From a virus, in IMG/VR virus record IMGVR_UViG_3300032086_003797, positions 96,001-160,000 of that record: 64,000 nucleotides of DNA. The stretch is one strand, 5' to 3'. The notes under the pieces are model-generated. The model saw only the letters and a list, made by a program, of their open reading frames with translations, was not told where the DNA came from and searched no databases. Below are positions 39,501-51,600 of the stretch, piece after piece (position 1 is the first letter of the stretch; every line of letters starts with the position of its first letter). Made by a program: the position numbers and the translations under genes.

Positions 39501-41923
39501 GTGCCTTAGACCAAATCGGTGATTCATTGAAGAACCAACTCCTTGGTCGAGACTTGAACAATTTACCACTTGATCAGCTAGTTGAGGATAGGATTCGCAA
39601 TCTATTCGGGATAAGCATACCCTTCATACCTATTGAGGGTATTTTATCATTTATACTAAAAATAGTATCCGAAATACTCAAAGAAGCCCTAAGACAAGTT
39701 TTGGTAGCTTTAGTGCAAGAGGCACTTGAAAAATATTTAGACTGTGAAAATATTCCACTTCTCGATGATAACATCGCTAAACTGGGAGATATAAAAAATC
39801 CCGCACAACTATTGGAGTATGGTAAATCTCGCCTGGGTGATCTAATCGGAGACATAGATCTTAACAAGCTTGTTGATGAGCTTGGGATAGAGTTACCCCT
39901 AGAACAGCTTCAAGAAGTATTTGAGAAAGTGTCAGATTGCCTAAACTCCATGGAAATGTTAGCTCTATTATCAGGCAACGCAGGTCCGTTGATAATGCAA
40001 CTTGTGCGTGAGCAATTCGGTGGACTTTTGCTAGATGATCAAATAGATTTATTATTTGACAAAATTGGTGACAATGTATCAGATGAAATAAAGAATGGTA
40101 TAGTGCCAGAGGAATTTTATGTTGACTACTGTAATAAGGCAGACTATGTTAGGGCAGCTAGCAAGGCTTTAGATCTGCTAAGAGACAAGGGTCTTACAGA
40201 CGAGCAAATTAAAAATCAAGCTGATGAGGAGATTAAGAGAGCAGCAGATAAAATAAAATCAATGTGTGATTTTGAAAACCTAGCCAACAATGCTTTGATA
40301 AATGCTCTTAATAACATAAAAGCACCTGATGCTATTGTAGACCTTCAGAGCAAAGCATCCTCCAATATTGCAGCAATAGCGCAAGCAGGGATTAAAGCAG
40401 AGGCAAAACCTTTCATCCTCGGTCGCACACCTCCCAAATATGGCGGTTTCAATCTTGGTTCACTTGCTCCTCTGATTCCATTTCCCGATCCAACATATGG
40501 ATCAGAACAATTAGTTCGTGTGTCAGACGATCGTAATTTAGCCTTGAAAGGTTCGGGCGGCAAAACCGCAGAGCGTGTAGAGGTTAGCTATAATTCAGAA
40601 CACGATGAATATCGGATTGGTAATCTTAGAATAGTTGTTTCTACTCCAACATCTGATGCTGATCGGGGTCCAACAGAACAAGCTGTAGGAATAAATGATG
40701 AGATACAGGAAAAGCCAAATGACATAGTAACAATTATAGTCCATGACATAAAGCCTGACAATCAAGGCGTTCGCCGTGAAACCTATGTTGACGAGTTTGG
40801 TCAGTTTATAGAAAGCAAAAAAGAAGAATTAGAGCAAGATAGAAATGTTTTAGTGTTTTTACAAACTCAGCCTGACAGGAATTATAGCCGCCCAACCCAC
40901 AGCCGACTGCCAAGATTTATCAACCGCCCAAGGGAACTGGGTGAATTCTTAAATCTGTTTTTATCCGCACATCAAGAAAACATATATGGATTTGGCATAA
41001 CAAGTGATCAAATAGAAGAGGCGTATATAGTTGGCAGTGAAGAAGATGGGGAAGCAGCATATCTAAGAGCGCCCGAATCACATGAGGCGGGCAAGTACCC
41101 CTATCCTTTGATGGAGAATTTGGTAATCGACCGTGGTAATGATATGGAAATATTCAATGCTTTTTTTAGAAAAGATGATATCAATCTCAAGAAAAACCCA
41201 AGACAAGATTATTTTGAGTCTGGGATATTCAATGCAGGGAAGGCATACGAGAAGCTTTATGCCGATTTACAGGAAGAGCCTACATTGGTCAACGCAGGAC
41301 CAAACTTTGAGAAAAAGGTAAAGAGAACAACTGCTACTGTTGGCATAGGCGCACGACTAATGCCATTCTTTTGTGCGATATGGCCTTTGTTCAACGCCCC
41401 AAGCGGACAAAGAATCAGGTTTGCATCCAAGGGAGAGGGTCAATATGATGACCGCATCTTTAGGGAGATTATAGAAAATTACCTTACAAGGAAAATAACT
41501 TTTCAACTTGAGAATCTAGGTGTCTTAGACATGTATAATAAGGTATTAGCAGAGGACGATTTTGAGATCGCCGATGTTGTTTCAGTGTTTCTGGATGGTA
41601 TATTTGTAGATAATCCCGATGAATCTAACAAAGTTTTATATGAAGCAATAAACTTCAACGACAGCATTCCAACAAGCGGACAGGGTTCCACCAGCCAACA
41701 TTTTGTTTTAAATGTCTTGGGCACTCAGGACGGAGTTAGTAATTATAATGCAGTTCGGGATAATATTTCTCGGAGCGTATATCCTGTCGAACCTCTTCTG
41801 GCGGTATCAACTATTTACTTAGAGACCTCTTGTAATGCAACTGGTTTATTGGGAACTTCATTTGTAAAGTCTTCAATAGATGCAGATCAATTACTTAGGA
41901 AGTTTTTTGATCCATTAATTTAG
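36524..41923 (+). CDS. Large hypothetical virion protein (1799 aa)
   Basis: Uninterrupted ORF in the baseplate module; helical Leu/Asp-rich central region. Confidence 0.6.
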   Translation: MAHSFEDLYNLYRNQPDGPDAEIAYFRQNGIRQINVNVRDDQATVVMIDANGQTHRATGRVPQEEVPPQAAQEDLGYEGKITSDPLSVEERSIIDPNPDIAIFTNQDAFHGSYPEDRLQELGITNQGTWFNTYREGLRYRYNPPSEDINNPTSPEDAARITETSKLKFKYKLIKQQATKLAPMSFPFTVETRGANRVPFNRAFPPVKVEFTLLDAIYFATLHPHIIAGFTVESRGFLFRETKYKFLYLEKTSTEDEPGTRLAREIMVGRGMYTQTATASTRKPVMPLTAQTIPTKAEQKELDSTTASLSAQENQEKQKQAERRSAGTSRNASLQMDGTKPLGRQVLYAKILEDGAVWVSQLPNAKPSADPSVGETSLASSITNSHLNRIVQAAGDDGLLDDENDGKWSNINEYTGDFYDTTTDPGREKFAYEIKKVGNTVYIQKLEKVQNVTPTEQKQEADASAITSNNRTEDAYNYDDWTTNINSDRGVPNSYYNPRYPESVAVAKDEGSYFVVMKAPADVEDSLDYRAEEAELKELMYRALCNHLNKPITDMPSTLSHEMKTHFDPRPNSAPLIALIIKKTEFDKSAASGNIKTDLDELTLQRAILTSQKRSEKNISFTLEKMDPLFETASHIVRKYARIVAGQGLGSADIGVNLYKQYMALSKFTSKVRSALAHNGVYPDASDQIEIGFTNDYQMLHIIHKSRMYFSGFKRATIDNEIAVTLEIDSIQDQPEGQFPSQLESDKNYFRIYKQTEFGYVFFAEEIVKNNPPNASDRKLTPWVDFVRLYTYPAPTINPTKVNNKNKLTDDGDDQIPSQSLTDTGSEIESDDIIGSSQVAYVDKSASKPGTQIRTVTQSQKESEAINIRSFIEKKQKIERKAKSLEPLVEDAVMNCGNLPQLLDQIKELSDLFDLVLDQISLDELFAALRDSLLQDLQKLFAMKDLAEGYTPGAFAGAGDQGEGLDTTLSTRASKLVCAPSSEFEDFLQNDLACALDQIGDSLKNQLLGRDLNNLPLDQLVEDRIRNLFGISIPFIPIEGILSFILKIVSEILKEALRQVLVALVQEALEKYLDCENIPLLDDNIAKLGDIKNPAQLLEYGKSRLGDLIGDIDLNKLVDELGIELPLEQLQEVFEKVSDCLNSMEMLALLSGNAGPLIMQLVREQFGGLLLDDQIDLLFDKIGDNVSDEIKNGIVPEEFYVDYCNKADYVRAASKALDLLRDKGLTDEQIKNQADEEIKRAADKIKSMCDFENLANNALINALNNIKAPDAIVDLQSKASSNIAAIAQAGIKAEAKPFILGRTPPKYGGFNLGSLAPLIPFPDPTYGSEQLVRVSDDRNLALKGSGGKTAERVEVSYNSEHDEYRIGNLRIVVSTPTSDADRGPTEQAVGINDEIQEKPNDIVTIIVHDIKPDNQGVRRETYVDEFGQFIESKKEELEQDRNVLVFLQTQPDRNYSRPTHSRLPRFINRPRELGEFLNLFLSAHQENIYGFGITSDQIEEAYIVGSEEDGEAAYLRAPESHEAGKYPYPLMENLVIDRGNDMEIFNAFFRKDDINLKKNPRQDYFESGIFNAGKAYEKLYADLQEEPTLVNAGPNFEKKVKRTTATVGIGARLMPFFCAIWPLFNAPSGQRIRFASKGEGQYDDRIFREIIENYLTRKITFQLENLGVLDMYNKVLAEDDFEIADVVSVFLDGIFVDNPDESNKVLYEAINFNDSIPTSGQGSTSQHFVLNVLGTQDGVSNYNAVRDNISRSVYPVEPLLAVSTIYLETSCNATGLLGTSFVKSSIDADQLLRKFFDPLI

Positions 41924-41934
41924 GAGAGTAAGTC

Positions 41935-42333
41935 TTGTCAAGAGTAGGTATTTCACCAGCGTTGCCTTTAGCATATACGAAAGAGGATGGACCATATGGT
42001 CTTAATAAAACCATTAGGGATTCAATTCAACAGAATTTTAAAAATATCCTCTTGACTAGTAAGGGTGAACGTGTAATGTTGCCCGATTTCGGCGTTGGTC
42101 TTAGATCTTTCTTGTTCAGTAATTTCACACCTTCATTGCTAGAGCGGATAAGAGCCGAAATAAATAAACAAGTTGCGTTGTATCTTCCATTTATAGAGCT
42201 TACAGAAATTGAGTTTATATCTTCAACAGAAAGTGATCAGGTAGCACTGAACCAACTACAGATACAAATAAGATATGAAATTACGCCTATAAATGAGTCG
42301 GATACACTTACTATATTTGAATCAATAAACTAA
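41935..42333 (+). CDS. Baseplate wedge subunit, gp25/GPW-like
   Basis: IQQNFKNILLT.KGERVM.PDFGVGL...LF...I...V..YLPFI; TTG start after AGGAG. Confidence 0.9.
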   Translation: MSRVGISPALPLAYTKEDGPYGLNKTIRDSIQQNFKNILLTSKGERVMLPDFGVGLRSFLFSNFTPSLLERIRAEINKQVALYLPFIELTEIEFISSTESDQVALNQLQIQIRYEITPINESDTLTIFESIN

Positions 42334-42360
42334 ATATATTTTAGTAGGAGTTTATTATTA

Positions 42361-44148
42361 ATGGCTAAAAGACCAGTAAACTATATTAGCCGTGATTTTG
42401 AGAGCATCAAGCAATCATTAATAGATCATGCAAAACGTTATTATCCCGACACATTTAAGGACTTTAACGAAGCATCGTTCGGCTCCTTGATGTTAGATGC
42501 AGTATCCTATATTGGAGATAATTTATCCTTCTATGTTGATTATCAGGCAAATGAAAGTTTTCTTGATAGCGCAATAGAGACAGATAATATTACTAGACTA
42601 GCCCGTCAGATGGGTTATAAACAGACTGGTACTACAGCAACAGAGGGGATTATAACTGTATATGTTTTAGTCCCAGCTTCAACAACTTCTAGGGGACCAA
42701 ATATAGATTACATCCCAATCATGAAAAAAGGCACTACCTTCAACTCTGAGACTTCTGGCATTTTTACACTACAGGAAGACATCGACTTTGCTGACCCAGC
42801 TAATGAAGTGGTAGTTGGTCGTGTCAATGAAGCCACAGGCGACCCCACATATTACGCAATAAAATCTAAAGGGAAGATTATATCAGGTGAATTAAATCAG
42901 GAAACATTTGCCGTAGGGACCTTTACAAAATTCCTTCGCCTCAAAATGGATGGTCTGAATATTAGTGAAATAGTATCAATAAGAGACTCAGAGGGGAATG
43001 AATATTATCAAGTACCATACTTGTCGCAGAACGTGATATATGAGCAAATTGTTAACAATGCTTCAGATAAAAGCGTGGTACCATATAATCTAAGAATAAG
43101 ACCAGTACCCAGAAGATTTATGACAGAGTTCATTGATGGCGAGGTGTTTTTACAGTTTGGATTTGGATCAGAAGGTAACCTGACTGGTGATTTGGTCGCA
43201 GATCCTGCTGATGTGGTGCTGGATGTACATGGTAGAAACTATGTAACAGATGATAGTTTTGACCCTAGTAATCTTATAAAAAATGACAAATTTGGTGTGG
43301 TGCCAACCGATACGATTTTGACAGTGATCTATCGATCCAACAGCACTACAACAGCAAATGCCAGCGTGAACACGGTGACCTCACCTTCGGCAGTAAACCT
43401 GGTGTACAAGTCTCTTAGTTCGCTCGACTCTACCGTCACTGATTTTATTGAGTCTTCAATTGAGAGCACAAATGAACAACCAATAATTGGTGACGTTACA
43501 GCACCAACCCAAGAAGAAATAAGAATGAGAGCTTTCGATTCCTATGCATCTCAAAATAGGGCGGTAACGAAACAAGATTATATTGCACTTTGTTACAGAA
43601 TGCCAGGAAATTTTGGCTCTATCAAAAGAGCAGCCATAGCGCAAGATAGAGATTCTTTTAAGAGGAATCTAAATCTTTATGTTATATCGGAAGACCAGGA
43701 TGGTAATTTTATAAATCCACCAACCTCATTGCTTAATAATTTAAAATCGTGGTTGAATCAATATAAAATGATCAATGACACGATAGACATTTTACCAGGC
43801 AAAATAGTCAATTTGCAGATAGATTTTGAGGTTGTTACAGATTTAGAATCAAATAGATTTGATGTAATAAATGAGTGCATCAATCGATTGAAAATTGATA
43901 TGGCTGTCAAGAAAAATATTGGAGAGCCCTTTTACATAACTGAATTATTCAAGACACTTAATAGCGTCCCAGGTGTAGTAGATACCATATCTGTAAACGT
44001 GGATACTAAGACAGATGCAGGTTATAGTCAGTTTCCGTTTGACATAGAACTGAATACTAGTCCTGATGGAAGGATCTTATACGCCCCTTCTACTGTGGTG
44101 TTTGAAATCAAAGCTCCAGACCAAGACATACAAGGGATCGCACGATAA
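42361..44148 (+). CDS. Baseplate wedge protein, T4 gp6/baseplate J-like
   Basis: Y.SRDFESIK..L...YPD...DF..S.G...D.LSFY.D...NE.FL.SA...LA..MGYK, FG.G, QNRAVT.QDY. Confidence 0.88.
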   Translation: MAKRPVNYISRDFESIKQSLIDHAKRYYPDTFKDFNEASFGSLMLDAVSYIGDNLSFYVDYQANESFLDSAIETDNITRLARQMGYKQTGTTATEGIITVYVLVPASTTSRGPNIDYIPIMKKGTTFNSETSGIFTLQEDIDFADPANEVVVGRVNEATGDPTYYAIKSKGKIISGELNQETFAVGTFTKFLRLKMDGLNISEIVSIRDSEGNEYYQVPYLSQNVIYEQIVNNASDKSVVPYNLRIRPVPRRFMTEFIDGEVFLQFGFGSEGNLTGDLVADPADVVLDVHGRNYVTDDSFDPSNLIKNDKFGVVPTDTILTVIYRSNSTTTANASVNTVTSPSAVNLVYKSLSSLDSTVTDFIESSIESTNEQPIIGDVTAPTQEEIRMRAFDSYASQNRAVTKQDYIALCYRMPGNFGSIKRAAIAQDRDSFKRNLNLYVISEDQDGNFINPPTSLLNNLKSWLNQYKMINDTIDILPGKIVNLQIDFEVVTDLESNRFDVINECINRLKIDMAVKKNIGEPFYITELFKTLNSVPGVVDTISVNVDTKTDAGYSQFPFDIELNTSPDGRILYAPSTVVFEIKAPDQDIQGIAR

Positions 44149-45629
44149 TGGCTATCAAATTATATGACGCAACACAAGACAACACAATAACTAATGCTTT
44201 CAAGGCTGATTTATTAACCAGAGCTACAGGGTCCAATATGGGCGCTGCTGACATATTAGAAACATTTGTTATACACGGGCAAACGTCAGCTAGTATCAAC
44301 TCCCAAACTGCGGAAGAGGCTAGAGTATTATTACAATTTGATATTGCTAATATTTCTACAGATAGAGCAAATGGAGTAATTCCAGCTTCAGGAAGTGTCA
44401 ACTTCATATTAAAAGTCAGAAATGCTAAGCACGCTGATACACTACCAGATAATTTGACACTTGATATCAAAATGGTTGCGAATAGCTGGGATGAAGGTCG
44501 TGGCGTGGACATGGATGGATATAAGGATATTGATGAGTGTAACTGGGTAAAGAGGACATCAGGTGCAACCTGGAATGGAACAGGTAGTGATTATTTCACA
44601 GCCCAGGCTACTAGCAACTTCTCAGGATCTGTGCTGTTCCCCAACGGCGATGAGGACATGGAAATTGATGTTACTCCTGCTGTAGAAGATTGGATAGCAG
44701 GAACACGCAACAACTATGGATTTATAATCAAGAATACAGATTCTGCCATCAGCGGTAATGTTGGCAGCCTGTTCACTAAAAGATTTCATGCAAGAAGTAC
44801 AGAGTTCTTTATGAAGAGACCAGTGATCGAAGCACAGTGGGACGACTCAACAAAAGACCAGAGAGCTAACTTTTTTCTTAGTAGCTCAGCCCTGTCGGCA
44901 GCAGATAATCTAAATACTTTGTTTTTATACAATAGATTCAGAGGTAATCTTACAAATATAAGTGGACTTACAAATGATGCACTAAGTGTATCGTTTTATA
45001 CTGCATCCTCAGGCGGAGCCCCGATAGGCTCACCAGTTATCGTAACAGATGCTACGGGTTCATCGGTAACAAAAATTGAGTGCGGTCGTGAGATTAATAA
45101 CGGCGTCCGCTCAACAGGAATTTATACAGCGTCGTTTGCAATCACTAGTTCTGATGCAACATTGTTTGATGTGTGGTTCACTGGCTCTACCGAGTTCTTC
45201 ACTGGCTCTTTTAAGCCGCAGTCATACACTCCAAATCTTGAAGACAGAACAGAGCCATACTTTAATAAAATAACAAATCTGAAACCAACATATAACAGAC
45301 TAGAAAAGCCAAGATTACGAGTTTTTGCGAGACCTAAAAGATGGCAACCAACGATTTACACTGTTGCATCTGTTGATGTTGAAAACACAATTGTAGAGGA
45401 TGCTTATTATAAGATATTCCGTATAGAAGACAATATAGAAGTGGTTTCTTATGGCACTGGAACCATGAAGTATAGCAGACTTTCTTACGATGTTAGTGGT
45501 AATTACTTTGACTTAGATATGAGTCCATTAGAGGCAGGATATTCATACGGAATACAACTTGCGTACTATTTACAAGGACAGTACAAAGAACAAGCAGAAA
45601 TATTCAAATTCAGAATTGAAGAGCCCTAA
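44148..45629 (+). CDS. Virion protein with DNRLRE-like domain
   Basis: A.QDNTI...RVLLQFD...W.EG.G...W...DVT..V..W..G..NYG.IIK...F..R...RP.IE..WDD. Confidence 0.55.
   Translation: MAIKLYDATQDNTITNAFKADLLTRATGSNMGAADILETFVIHGQTSASINSQTAEEARVLLQFDIANISTDRANGVIPASGSVNFILKVRNAKHADTLPDNLTLDIKMVANSWDEGRGVDMDGYKDIDECNWVKRTSGATWNGTGSDYFTAQATSNFSGSVLFPNGDEDMEIDVTPAVEDWIAGTRNNYGFIIKNTDSAISGNVGSLFTKRFHARSTEFFMKRPVIEAQWDDSTKDQRANFFLSSSALSAADNLNTLFLYNRFRGNLTNISGLTNDALSVSFYTASSGGAPIGSPVIVTDATGSSVTKIECGREINNGVRSTGIYTASFAITSSDATLFDVWFTGSTEFFTGSFKPQSYTPNLEDRTEPYFNKITNLKPTYNRLEKPRLRVFARPKRWQPTIYTVASVDVENTIVEDAYYKIFRIEDNIEVVSYGTGTMKYSRLSYDVSGNYFDLDMSPLEAGYSYGIQLAYYLQGQYKEQAEIFKFRIEEP
45565..45574 (+). promoter_or_regulatory. 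Candidate phage promoter motif ACTATTTACA
   Basis: About 60 nt upstream of the 3706-aa gene start. Confidence 0.4.
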
Positions 45630-45631
45630 AT

Positions 45632-48600
45632 ATGAGCATAAAAAAGTTATTTGATGCAAAAAAAGCAGGAACACTTGGTGGTGCCACTCGCTCAACCCTA
45701 AAAAAGCTTGGCGATAATGTAGAGTCACCAGAGCAAATTGAAGCAGCTTTATCGAAAGCTAGGGCTTTTTCACCAAAGATTGATTTTTCAGATCCAGCCA
45801 ATTTCGTTAAATATGGCTCAGCCTATCGTTATTATTATGATACATTTGGATATATCAAAGACTATTATCCTTACGACGGTAGTTCTAGGGAAAAGCTAGA
45901 ATTTTATAATGGATTATCGCCGTTTGAACAGTATATTTTCAACAATGAATACCCTAAAACTACTGGGTATGTTACGATAGGAGCTATTTACGGCACAGAT
46001 GGAGCATCTAAGCAAGGATACACTACGCCCACTACAGCGGAGTACATCCAGTTTAAGGGCGGACCACACAGCGGAACCTTTTTTGCTACAGGATCAGGAC
46101 TAAGTAACAATTTAGAGTTTGGCGGCATCAGTGGCTCAACAGTAGAATTCTTCTATAACAAGACTGAGTTCGATAGTACTATATCGTCCCCAACAGAGGT
46201 GATTCTAGATATTTGGAACGGTGTGTCAAGTGGCTCACATGACTACGGTCGCCTTACGATTGAAACGGATTCAGGATCAGCAGATAGATTTTATGTTTCA
46301 TACCAATCAGGATCAAGTGGTGTGTTTAAAGCATCGGTCCCCACCGCAGGTGGTTTAACACTAGGAAGTGGCTCTTGGGATCATTATGCTTTTGTGTTTT
46401 CCAATAGTGATGATTCTACTTCTATTGATCTTTATGAAAACGGCACATGTAAACAAAGTAATATCCTAACTGGCTCTTCCATCAACTTAGTAACAGGCAG
46501 TCTGATCGGAAGGCTCGGTGCATTAAGAACAGCCCCAGGTCCAATACAGGCAAGTGGCTATGGAACCCAGGCAACTGCCACAGATGCCATTGATATGGCT
46601 GGGTATCAGGCTGCTGGTGATCCTGCTATCAAATTTAACATAACAATTCCTGTCGCCGCAGGTGGGTCTAACACTACCATTACGATAAAATTTGACATCT
46701 CCTCGGGCGGCTCTCCTGTAAGTGCAGGCGCAGACCATATTACCATTGGCACCGCAGGCTCAAACGATGCAGCGAATGCGGCTCTTGTTATAAAAGCAAT
46801 AAATGGTGATACGGACAGCAGAATCACTTATGGAAATGGTTCGGGCGACGGATCATCAGGAATAGGTGTACAGGGACTTACAGCATCAGCAGGAAGCTCA
46901 AGCACCAAGGTTACCCTAACAATTAGTAAGGGTGGCACGTCAGGAAATATTAACAGTGCTGTTGCACACGGCGCAGGGACAGTTAACGTAGTTGATGTGG
47001 CTAACTTTACTGGCGGTGCGGTGATACCCGCAGGGGACGGTAAATTATCGGCTTCTTTGGACGAGTTCAGATTCTGGAAAGAGCCTAGAACAGCAGAAGA
47101 AATTGGTCGCAATTGGTATATGGGTGTTAATGGTGGTGCGAACACCACCATAAACAACTCTGGACTAGGGATATATTATAAATTCAATGAGGGCATTACA
47201 CAGGTTTCTACAACAGATAATGTTGTGCTCGATTATTCTAGTAGGTTATCAAATGGTGCCTGGACTGGTTATTCTACATCAGGGACCAGGAATACAGGAT
47301 CTGCTATAGTATCATCTAGTGCTGCGGGATTTGAGACAGCCGACCCAATTATTTATGATACACATCCAACCTATATTTCATCCAGGGATGACCTATCGTC
47401 TTTAGGGCAGCAGTATGATTATACAAACAACTCCAGTTTGTATTACACGATGCCAGGGTGGATTATTGAACAAGATGAAAGAAACGGCGAAGAACTAGCA
47501 AAACTAACACAGATTATGGGAAGCTACTTGGATACCCTGTATGCCCAAGTAGGCGGTGTACTAACTGTAAAAGACGTTAGTTACCCCACAGGGAGTGTGC
47601 AAGAATCTCCAAACAATGATAGACTATTGTCATCATTAGGGTTTGAGGCTCCTGATTTATTTGATTCTGTTGGTGAGATAGTAAGGTTCTTAGATAAGGA
47701 TGATAAGAGACCATTAGAATCCTCCATACATCAAATTAAAAACATAATCTATAAAAACATTTATAACAACTTATCTTATATCCTTAAATCAAAGGGTACT
47801 AGAAAATCGTTTGGTAATACCTTACGTTGTATGGGCATCGACGAAAAAATAGTAAAAATTAGCACCTATGCTGATAATGTTGAGCAGACCATAACCAGCA
47901 GCTACAAAGCCATTCCAACAGAAAAGAAATTTGTTGACTTTAGTGGTCTTCGTAGGTATGATGATCAAGCTGCCACAATATATCAGCATTATTACGCAGA
48001 TGGATACGATGGGGGTTCAAGTGGGCTTATATCAGGCAACTTAGACCTTGGAGATAATGCATTTACATTACAAGCAGATATCCTCTTCCCACTGAAGCCT
48101 TCCCCAGCAGAGGCTTCATATATTGAGCCAACCTCGCCTAGCTCCTCTTTGTTTGGTTTTCATACACCAAAAATTACAACAACTACGTCTACTGACACTG
48201 CTTGGGCTTCAAACACAATAGACTTTGGGTTGCAGGTGTATGCTGTCCACGCCACAACGGACTACTCTGAAATAACAAGCCCCCAAGGTGCTTCTAGGGA
48301 TGCATATTTTGTAGTAGAAGATAGGTTTGGAAATATTCTTCTTAAGACTGATACAGTTAGAGAAGTATATCAAAATACAAGGTGGGTTTTTGCACTCTCG
48401 GCTCGACCAAAAACCTATCCATTCTCTCAAGAAGTTGATGGTACGGATAATGATGACCAGTCATATATTATAGAATTATACGGAACAAGTTTTGATCTGG
48501 AAGATAAAAGAGCATCTTTTGATTCTAGTAAAATAGTAAATTTTGTAACTGGGTCCTCTACGCTCGCCTCTGCGAAAAGAATATACGCTGGAGCGCACAG

Positions 48601-51600
48601 GACCGATTTTAGCGGCTCATTATTAACCAGGTCTGATATTAGACTTAACTCATGCCGCTTTTGGAATACATTTCTTACATCATCCGTTGTTGATCAACAA
48701 GCTAAAGACGCTGATGCATATGGTCTTGTTCATCCGTATAGAAATGTAAAAACCTTTCAAACTAGTGGTTCCAGTGTTTTTATTCCAGCGATAGAATCGC
48801 TAGCACTTAATTGGGATTTTGAAACTGTTACAGGCAGCGATGCCAGCGGTCAATTCAGGGTAGATGATTTTAGCTCAGGCTCTAATTCAACCGCATACGA
48901 AAATAATTATCAGGTTGAGTATGCTGGAACAGTGCAACGCCATCACTCTGCTCGTGGCGACTTCTTTAAGGCGAGCGATACTCCAGTAAGAAAAGAATAT
49001 TTCCCCTCCCTAAGGTTACAAGCGCCAGAAGAATTATCTTCAGACGATATGATAACGGTGATTGTAGAGGGATCAGATGATAGTGTTTATGGTCGAGCAC
49101 CCAGACCTATAAGGCATTTCTTTGCAGTTGAAAAAAGCATGTACGATGCAATATCAAACGATATGCTTGAGATGTTTGCATCAATAGATGAGTTCAACAA
49201 TCTTATTGGTGAGCCTGTAAACAAGTACAGGGCAGAGTACAAAGACCTTAAGAAACTTAGAGAGATATTCTTTCGCCGTGTTACTGGACAGCGAGTTGAT
49301 TTAGACAAATACTTAGATTACTATAAGTGGTTCGACGGCGCTCTTACAAACCTTGTGGAACAGTTGTTCCCCGCTAGTGCGCCAGTGGCAGAAAACACCA
49401 GAAATGTTGTTGAGAGTCATGTTTTAGAAAGAAATAAGTATCAGCATAAGTACCCAACTCTTGAGGAGTACCCGTTTGAACCATCTGGTTCAATTAAGGG
49501 TGGGTATGAACAGCAGTATAGTTGGCGATTCAACCATCACCCAATAACAATGACGGGATCAGTTGCATCTGCGGCTGATGCGATCGATATGGATGGCTAT
49601 CAGGCTGCCGCAGATCCTTCAAGTAGATTTACTATTCAAATACCTGTTGCAGCGGGTGGATCTAATACTACCATAACTATCAAGTTTGATGTATCATCGG
49701 GCGGCTCACCATCTAGTTATGGCGCCAACGCTATCACTATTGCTACAGCAGGATCAGACGACGCATCTAATGCCGCTTTGGTGGTCAAAGCTATCAATGG
49801 TACTGCTGACAGTAGAATTACATACGGTAATGCGGTGTCTGTAGGGGATGGATGTGCAGGTATTGGTGTTCTGGGTATTACCGCTGCGGAAGGCAGTAAC
49901 AATAAAAAAGTAACTCTAACTATGACCGTTGCTGGTACAAATGGCAACATTACCAGTGCGATAGCACATGGTGCTGGCACAGTAAACCTTGTTGATGTAA
50001 ACGACTTTACAGGCGCTAGTGATGATATTATAAAAAATGATCAAGGCGAAAATTGTAGTTGGTGGGCTAATCGGGCAGAAAGAAATGCCAATCCTCTAAA
50101 TTTGGGTCCAAATGCTGTTGTAGGTGCCGCAACAACACTAGATAGACAAAATATTTTTACATCTGTGCGCAAGAAAGAGCTTGACAATCAAAGAAATAAG
50201 TTCTATAAATTTGGTGGTGCAGTAGAAAAGTCTGTTGCTGGCGGACATAATCAATCCTTCAATAAGATAAAAGCTAACGTTTTATCGTTTGATCAGGTAT
50301 CGGATCAGAGCACTTGTACAGATGAGGAAGTCCCAGCAGGTTCTCCTTTAGAAAAATCAAGGCAGAAGTTTAGAATCTCGATTGCTGGGCAAACCTATAA
50401 AGGCGACCGAATGGCTCCCTTTAGTTTATATAAAGCATTGGTGCCTAGCGAACACAATAAGCAGCTTACGAACACTGGCTTGTCTGGTAGTCACATGACG
50501 AATATCCATGAGGATTCATATTATGGAAGCGGTTTTGAGGTTCCAATGCAGGGTCCGTTCACAAGCCAACATGTCGGTGGTTTGCTAGCTAGAGCTAGAA
50601 CAAGTCAAATTGAAGGCGCAGTCAATCTCCGCCGTGAAAATTATAGACTTACTATCGCAAGCGGAACAGGCAGCTTGGCAAGGTTAGACACTGAAATTGG
50701 TGCCAACAGTTCAGGCAAGGGGCATTATTACAGAGGGATCACAGCCAAAAGACCTGTCAACATTGCTAATATTGCCCACCAGACGGCAAGCGACGGCGGC
50801 GGTCCAGGCGGTAGTGGTGGTACTATAGTGGGTAATTTCGATAAAAATTACCAAGTGCTCCAGACTTCGGGTCGAAAAATAAATAACTTAGACTTTAGAG
50901 ATGACCCTGATGCATATAACCCAAGTGCTTTCTTATCGCCATATGTCGGTGGTTTGGTCGAGACTCCTGTGCCATCAAGAAGAAATACAGAATACACACT
51001 CAAGGCAAGAACAACTAATAAAACTATATTTGTAAATAGGTTTTCATCGCCTGGCAGCGTAGAAACAAATACACCTGCCTTCTTGGATTTCAACTCGCAG
51101 GAAATAGCACCGAATAATGCACTGCCTTTTAGAAACATGCTAATCAGATCAGTTAACGAAGGTCACAATACGCTGTCGCAGGGCTGGGGTGGTCATATCA
51201 ACACCACTCAAAGATCCTTCCTTGGTCTAGGATATACGATCCAAGACCTAAACACAGGTAGTTTTTCCACGGTAGTTACGTCAAGACACGATGTAAATAG
51301 AAATGCTAAACCTAAACCTTTCTTAACTCAATTCGATTTATCTGCATTCGGTCAGGGTCAGATTGAATCTATAGGCTCAGGTAGTATACATAATAATAAC
51401 TTTATTACAACCCCTATTCCGCAAGCTGATAACATGTCTTGGTTTATGGCTTATTCGGGATCTGATACGCAAACATACAATCATTTCTTCCATAGTGGTG
51501 GCTTGATGCCTGAATCTATAACTGTTCCATCCCCACCCAATTTAGAAGGTCAGTCTGGCATAAATGAAGGTACACCGTTTAGTATTTCTGCTGTAGCAGA

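Noticed and set aside
46571-50017. Intein or diversity-generating retroelement (TR/VR) explanation for the duplicated module
   Set aside because: No Cys/Ser...His-Asn splice motifs, no reverse transcriptase in the window, and differences are not confined to adenines.
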